Source of the DNA: Verrucomicrobiota bacterium
GTDB lineage: Bacteria > Verrucomicrobiota > Lentisphaeria > Lentisphaerales > Lentisphaeraceae
DNA: 64,000 nt
Direction of reading: 5' to 3'
Assembly (NCBI GenBank): GCA_039798785.1
Contig: JBDKFG010000014.1
Location: 4,207-68,206 of the forward strand
Shown here: positions 59,525 to 64,000 of the stretch, piece after piece
Layout: each line of letters opens with the position of its first letter
How positions within the stretch are numbered: the stretch's first letter is position 1
Notes under the pieces: model-generated
Databases searched by the model: none
The model's input: only the letters and a program-made list of their open reading frames with translations
Told to the model about the DNA's origin: nothing
Position numbers and translations under genes: made by a program

Positions 59525-59593
59525 CAGCGCTCCCGTCCCCTTCGAGGGATCAGAACCAATCTCCCAAAGAGAAGCACAATAAAGGATTTCATC

Positions 59594-59905
59594 ATGTACG
59601 CAATCATCTCCACCGGCGGCAAGCAGCTGACCGTCAAGGAAGGCGACGTGGTCAAAGTCGAAAAGCTCCTCGGCGACGTCGGCACCAAGGCCCAGTTCAA
59701 CACTGTCTTGGCCATCGGCGGAACTGAGAAGCCTGTTTTCGGCTCCCCCAACGTCCCTGGCGCCACCGTCTCCTACGAAATCGTCGGCGAAGGCCGCGGC
59801 GAAAAAGTCATCGTCTTCAAGATGAAGCGCCGCAAGAGCTACCGTCGCCTGAAAGGCCACCGTCAGGATTACACCGAGATCCGCATCACCGGCATCAAGG
59901 CCTGA
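59594..59905 (+). CDS. rplU: 50S ribosomal protein L21
   Basis: MYAIISTGGKQLTVKEGD...KVIVFKMKRRKSYRRLKGHRQDYTEIRI is a classic L21 sequence. Confidence 0.97.
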   Translation: MYAIISTGGKQLTVKEGDVVKVEKLLGDVGTKAQFNTVLAIGGTEKPVFGSPNVPGATVSYEIVGEGRGEKVIVFKMKRRKSYRRLKGHRQDYTEIRITGIKA

Positions 59906-59922
59906 TTCCTCGGTTCTCTCCG

Positions 59923-59958
59923 AAAAGCCCCGGGCTCAAGCTCGGGGCTTTTCGTTTC
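59923..59958 (+). terminator. Rho-independent terminator after rplU
   Basis: AAAAGCCCCGGGC-TCAA-GCTCGGGGCTTTT, then CGTTTC. Confidence 0.8.
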
Positions 59959-60036
59959 ACTCATCCCGTGCAAGCCCGCCCCCCTCACTTCGACCTAAAC
60001 CACAGCTGATCCACAGAAGCGGGTTTGGTCATAATA

Positions 60037-60311
60037 GTTGCTGTCGCAAGTCGCAACTCAACCTTTCCATTGCGGTTCTTGGGGTGAATGAACCTAAAAA
60101 CCGCAGTTGAAAGGTTGGAAGATTGGAAGCTTCAAAGGTTGAAAGGATCAGCTACGACAGCAAGAGGTTATGGTGTTCGAGGGCGCTCGGCAACTCCTCC
60201 GGCTGGCAGTCATGCAGGTCGAACTAGAATCGCCATTTGTTGCTGTTGTTCATGCATTTGCCTTTCAACCTTCCAACCTTTCAACCCGGTTCCATTCCGC
60301 TGCTGCGGAAT
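60037..60311 (+). other. AT-richer non-coding element with nested and mutually exclusive inverted repeats built from GTTGAAAGGTTG-type motifs (candidate structured RNA, MITE or iteron cluster)
   Basis: Pairings read directly: 60038-60047 with 60155-60164; 60058-60077 with 60099-60117 (17/19); 60106-60121 with 60270-60285 (16/16, extendable to 23 bp with 2 mismatches); hairpin ATTCCGC-TGCT-GCGGAAT at 60294-60311. Five motif copies in both orientations. Confidence 0.5.
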
Positions 60312-60354
60312 TTAGGATGAAAGGAGGAAACATGACGGACTCGAACCTGGAGAT

Positions 60355-61383
60355 TCAGGGCTTGGGTTCTGCCGGAGTCAGTTCCAGCAGAATCTGATCA
60401 AGCTCCCGGATCCGCCCCTCGCGAGACGCCGGCTTCATCGCGGCGTCGCAGCGAAGCACCTCACGGGCCAGGAGGAAGGCTTCGCGGGCGCCGGCCTTGT
60501 CGCCCTTTTGGATCAGGAGCTTGGCCAACCCGTAATGATGGACCCAGACCGGCATCTTCCCTGCTGCGTCCCGCATCAGATCTATGGCGAGATCGAGCCC
60601 TTCCGAAGTCTGCTGCAGCTGGGCGACGGCCAGCTGCAGCGCCAGACTGTTGTTGAGCCATTGCTTCTGTCTCGCTTCCTCCACGAGGCGCCGCAGGCCC
60701 TCGGCCTGGCCTTGCAGGACGAGGAGCTCCAATTCGAGCGGAAAAATGCGCCGTGCCAGATCGGGAGCCGCCTGCCTGATGGCGGCGATCCCTTTGGCTG
60801 CGGTCTCCAAATTCTTTTCTTTCAACGCCTTCTGGATTGACGGATGCTGCAGCTCCCATTCCGTCAGCTGGCGCTCGAGACCGGCAAAGTCGCGTCCGGC
60901 CAGGAGGAAATCCAGGCGCTCGTCAAGGTCGCCGCTCGGGCCGCACCAGGCGATCTTGCCTTGAGCATCGACCAGGAAGCAGACGGGGATCGCATGGAAG
61001 CCGGCGGCAGAGAACCAGTCCCTGGCGATCCTCTGCTGCGCGTCGAAGCCGGTCCGGAGCTGGCGCAGCGGCTCTGCAGCGGGATTCTCGGCGAGGAATT
61101 TCTTGACTCGCGCCTCGTCCCTCTCCAGAATGTCGATGGCGATGATCTGGATCTTGTCGCCATGCCTGCGCTGCAGATCGAGAAGGTGCGGCATGCCGGC
61201 CAGGCAGGGACCGCACCAGGTGGCCCACAGGTCGACGACGCTGATCCGCCCTTTCAGCTGTGGCGCCGCCGCGTCGCCCGTGAGCCAGATGACGCCGTCA
61301 AGGGAGGGGGCTTCACGTCCGGGCTTCAGCACCGGCTGAGAGGCAGATGCAAGGCAGAAGGCGAGGATGGAGCTGGCGAACAT
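60355..61383 (-). CDS. secreted thioredoxin-fold thiol:disulfide oxidoreductase (TlpA/ResA-like) with a helical-repeat C-terminal domain
   Basis: Signal peptide MFASSILAFCLASA. Active site WATWCGPC. The C-terminal ~170 aa are TPR-like/helical. Confidence 0.8.
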   Translation of the reverse strand: MFASSILAFCLASASQPVLKPGREAPSLDGVIWLTGDAAAPQLKGRISVVDLWATWCGPCLAGMPHLLDLQRRHGDKIQIIAIDILERDEARVKKFLAENPAAEPLRQLRTGFDAQQRIARDWFSAAGFHAIPVCFLVDAQGKIAWCGPSGDLDERLDFLLAGRDFAGLERQLTEWELQHPSIQKALKEKNLETAAKGIAAIRQAAPDLARRIFPLELELLVLQGQAEGLRRLVEEARQKQWLNNSLALQLAVAQLQQTSEGLDLAIDLMRDAAGKMPVWVHHYGLAKLLIQKGDKAGAREAFLLAREVLRCDAAMKPASREGRIRELDQILLELTPAEPKP

Positions 61384-61392
61384 CGGAATCCG

Positions 61393-62430
61393 TCACTTCT
61401 GATCCATCACAGCGAGCTGGCCGCAGGCGCCGTCGATGTCGCGGCCTAGGTTCTTGCGGATGGTGGCGGAAACGCCGCGGTGCTCGAGCGCCGCCATGAA
61501 GGAGCGGGCGCGCTCCTTCGAGGATTCGCGGTGGGCCGAATCGGTCTGATTGTAGACGATCAGGTTGACATGCAGCAGGTGCTTGGGGTGGACGCGATTG
61601 ATCCAGTTGGCGAGCGATTCGGCATGTCCCTGGGAGTCGTTGTCCCCGTCGAGGAGGATGTATTCGAGGAAGACCTTGCGGTTGGTCTTCTTCAGGTAGG
61701 CGGTGAGCGATTCGGCGAGACCGGCGAGGTTGGTCGCCTTATTGGCGACCGGCATCAGGTGGTCGCGGAGCTCGTCGTTGGCGGCATGGAGGGAGAGGGC
61801 CAGGTTGACCTGGGGGTGGCGCTCGGCGAGCTCCTCGATGCCCTTGACCAGGCCGGAGGTGGAGACCGAGATGTGGCGCGAACCCATGCCGAAGGTCTCG
61901 GCATGGGTGAGCTCGTCGATGGAGTCGAAGACGTGGCGGCGGTTGTGGAAGGGTTCGCCCATGCCCATGTAGACGATGTTGCTGAGGTGGGCCTCCATCT
62001 TGCGGGCGGCCATGAACTGGCGCCAGTAGAGCACCTGGTCGGAGATCTCCTCGGAATCCATGTTGCGCAGCAGGCCCATGCGACCGGTGGCACAGAAGGT
62101 GCAGGCCATGGCGCAGCCGACCTGGCAGGAGATGCAGGCGGTCCAGTGGCCCGGGATGGGCTCCATCAGGACGCTCTCGACGATGCGTCCGTCGCCGAGC
62201 TTGAGCAGGGCCTTGTAAGTGCGTCTGTCGCAGGATTCGAGCAGCTTGTGCTCGCTGAGCCGGAGAACCGGCTCCTCGGCGGCGAGCTTCTCCTTCACCG
62301 CGGCGGAGAGTCCCGCGACCTCACTCCAACTGCGGACGTGCTTCCTGAAAAAGGCGTCGGCGATCTGCTTGGCCCGGAATTTCTCCAGTCCGTGTTTGGC
62401 GACAATGTCGGCGATGCGTTGGCTGTTCAT
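61393..62430 (-). CDS. rlmN: 23S rRNA/tRNA adenine-C2 methyltransferase (radical SAM)
   Basis: CISCQVGCAMACTFCATG radical-SAM cluster, GMGEP, C-terminal catalytic Cys (DIDGACGQL). Confidence 0.93.
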   Translation of the reverse strand: MNSQRIADIVAKHGLEKFRAKQIADAFFRKHVRSWSEVAGLSAAVKEKLAAEEPVLRLSEHKLLESCDRRTYKALLKLGDGRIVESVLMEPIPGHWTACISCQVGCAMACTFCATGRMGLLRNMDSEEISDQVLYWRQFMAARKMEAHLSNIVYMGMGEPFHNRRHVFDSIDELTHAETFGMGSRHISVSTSGLVKGIEELAERHPQVNLALSLHAANDELRDHLMPVANKATNLAGLAESLTAYLKKTNRKVFLEYILLDGDNDSQGHAESLANWINRVHPKHLLHVNLIVYNQTDSAHRESSKERARSFMAALEHRGVSATIRKNLGRDIDGACGQLAVMDQK

Positions 62431-62613
62431 GGATTTCCTGTCTTTTTTTCAACGCCTGCAATTCTACGGCGGATGAAGCGCCGCGCAATCGCTGACGGCA
62501 GACGAATCCCGGGAAAAGCGCTGCCGCCGGAACGAATCGGTGACATGGGTGTAATATTCCCCCTGGGTGCGCGTCACAAGCTGCACCCCCAACCAATACC
62601 CGGGAGAACCGCC

Positions 62614-63396
62614 ATGGATGCAGCCGCAAAATCCGCCTTCCTCGCCCGCCTTGCCGCCGCAGCGATCTTCAGCCTGCCCGCCGCCCTCCAGGCCAAGGAA
62701 ATCGCCGAACGACAGGCGCCCTGCGCCCCGGTCAAGATCGACGACTTCGCCAAGCAATGGTCCGCCGCGCCGCTGGTTCTGGTGATCTGCGGCGACGCCG
62801 CCGACGGCAGCGCGATGCGCGCCGAGCTGAACGGCCCCGCAGCTGCGGCGCAAGGGCTCAAATCCTGTGCCGGCGCCTTCCCCTGCGCCTTCGTCCCCCC
62901 GGGACAAGCAGGCATCGCCGGCGAACTCAAGTCCGGCCAGGTCCTGCTGCTCAGCCCTGATGGCAAGACCAAGCTCGACTGCGGCCCGCTGCAGCGCCAG
63001 AAGGACGAATCCTACGGAGCCTGCCTCATCCGCCTTCTCAACTCCGAAGGGCGCCTCGCCCAGGCCTGGCGAGAGCGCCGTCCGGACCCCTCCCTGCAGA
63101 AAGAGATGAAGGAACAGGTCGCAGCCCTGGGCGGCGCCGCACGGCAACGTCGCGAAGCCCGCAAATGGCTGACGGAACACCTCGGAGACGCCGGCCCGAT
63201 GCTGCTCGCTTCCATCAACGACGAAGACCCGGAGACCGCAGCCTCGGCCCGCGAGATCCTCGCAAGCGCCTCGAGCCGCGACATCAGCGGCCTGCCCGCC
63301 TTGATCCAGCGCGGCAACATGGACCCCCGCATCGCCTGCGGCATGGCCCGCATCTCGCCCCTCGCCGGAATCTATCTTAATCGCCGCAAGGCTTGA
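62614..63396 (+). CDS. secreted hypothetical protein
   Basis: GGGAGA RBS. Signal peptide (AAAAIFSLPAALQA). The upstream part of track ORF 61480..63396 is antisense to rlmN and was rejected. Confidence 0.55.
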   Translation: MDAAAKSAFLARLAAAAIFSLPAALQAKEIAERQAPCAPVKIDDFAKQWSAAPLVLVICGDAADGSAMRAELNGPAAAAQGLKSCAGAFPCAFVPPGQAGIAGELKSGQVLLLSPDGKTKLDCGPLQRQKDESYGACLIRLLNSEGRLAQAWRERRPDPSLQKEMKEQVAALGGAARQRREARKWLTEHLGDAGPMLLASINDEDPETAASAREILASASSRDISGLPALIQRGNMDPRIACGMARISPLAGIYLNRRKA

Positions 63397-63415
63397 GCCC
63401 CTCGGAGACTTTTTC

Positions 63416-64000
63416 ATGCTGGTGCCGCTCCTCTGCCTCTTCGTCTTCACCGCCGGCCCCGAAGCAGAGCCGGCGCCACGCAACGCCGCAAAAAGCGCCG
63501 TCTTCGATCCGGCGGCGGCTGCGAAGGCCGGCCAAGGCACAGCCTTCTTCAAGGCCTACGCCGAACTGAGAAGCAAGGCCGACCCGAAGGCGGCCGCCCT
63601 GATGGCGGAGGCGGTCAGCGACCGGATGCAGCGCATCGATCCCGGCAGCCTCGAGAGAGCCGTTCCCCTGGCCGAAAAATTCCGGGTCGCCGCCGAAAAG
63701 GCCGGTGAAGATCAGTATGCCGGATGCCTGGTGGTCGATCTCGAAGCCATCGACCCCAACGACCCGATGGCCGCCTCGATGAGCTACATCCTCTGCCCCG
63801 GAGAAGACGGCAAGCTCCGCGTCGTCGACGTCGTCGGCCCGGGCGGAAGCTTCTCCGCCTCCTGCGCCCAGGACGCCCTGCAAGGATTGAAACAGCTGTT
63901 CCGCGAACTCAAGCAGATCAGCGACCAGGAGGGCAGCGCCTTCTTTCCCGAAAAGGCCGGCAGCGAGCGGATCAACGCCTTCGGCCGTGAAATCGGCCTC
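63416..64000 (+). CDS. hypothetical secreted protein, 3' end cut by window edge
   Basis: ATG 63416, frame 2, open to the window end. It is absent from the track because it has no stop in the window. N-terminal hydrophobic segment MLVPLLCLFVFTAG. Strong GC3 bias. Confidence 0.5.
   Translation, partial: MLVPLLCLFVFTAGPEAEPAPRNAAKSAVFDPAAAAKAGQGTAFFKAYAELRSKADPKAAALMAEAVSDRMQRIDPGSLERAVPLAEKFRVAAEKAGEDQYAGCLVVDLEAIDPNDPMAASMSYILCPGEDGKLRVVDVVGPGGSFSASCAQDALQGLKQLFRELKQISDQEGSAFFPEKAGSERINAFGREIGL

Noticed and set aside
60088-60315. 75-aa ORF (MNLKTAVERLEDWKL...CCCCSCICL) in the post-rplU element
   Set aside because: No RBS and an implausible Cys-run translation. The region is better explained by inverted-repeat structure.
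60338-60348. GGTTCGAGTCC (minus strand), a tRNA T-arm-like sequence right after the tlpA-like stop
   Set aside because: The flanking bases do not form a T-stem or an acceptor stem, so there is no tRNA or convincing tRNA-fragment att site.
61480-62613. Upstream 378 codons of track ORF 61480..63396
   Set aside because: This part is antisense to rlmN. A signal peptide and RBS appear at ATG 62614, which I take as the real start.
63377-63883. 168-aa minus-strand ORF at the window end
   Set aside because: It is antisense to the open frame-2 CDS starting at 63416, which has a signal-like N-terminus and better GC3 bias.

Overview
High-GC bacterial chromosomal segment (GC well above 60% by eye, strong GC3 bias, AGGAG-type ribosome-binding sites). 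The gene content has a PVC/Verrucomicrobia-like flavour, but that is inference only. I support about 55 protein-coding genes and found no rRNA, tRNA or CRISPR array. Many long ORFs in the track are antisense artefacts of the GC bias and were discarded. Most of the window is housekeeping or envelope metabolism:
- leuS, speA, coaB, aspartate kinase, panD, apaG, rplU and rlmN
- selD and selU
- phnCDE transport
- neuB and neuC
- a MacB-type exporter
- an ECF sigma factor paired with a Ser/Thr kinase
- a DEAD-box helicase and an SF1 helicase
- a vWA lipoprotein and a two-module glycosyltransferase
- three consecutive SPFH genes

The parts ordinary annotation does not explain are:
1. A single-gene HEAT/zinc-ribbon/nuclease-like cassette after leuS, bracketed by four copies of a 17-nt motif.
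2. A voltage-gated channel whose selectivity filter reads TLEGWTE, with Gly where NaChBac-type channels have Ser.
3. An AT-richer, heavily self-complementary non-coding element after rplU, with mutually exclusive pairings.
4. A small mobile-element remnant whose serine recombinase lacks a canonical start codon and carries a C-terminal extension.
5. A low-GC two-gene module translationally coupled to selD.
6. A DUF805-FAD oxidase / methyltransferase / unknown-protein operon with overlapping stop and start codons.
7. Tandem 7-mer and 8-mer microsatellites that fill two intergenic regions.
8. Terminator-like hairpins inside the 5' leaders of leuS and macB.

No recognised defence system is evident. 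All functional calls come from motif recognition by eye, not from database searches.
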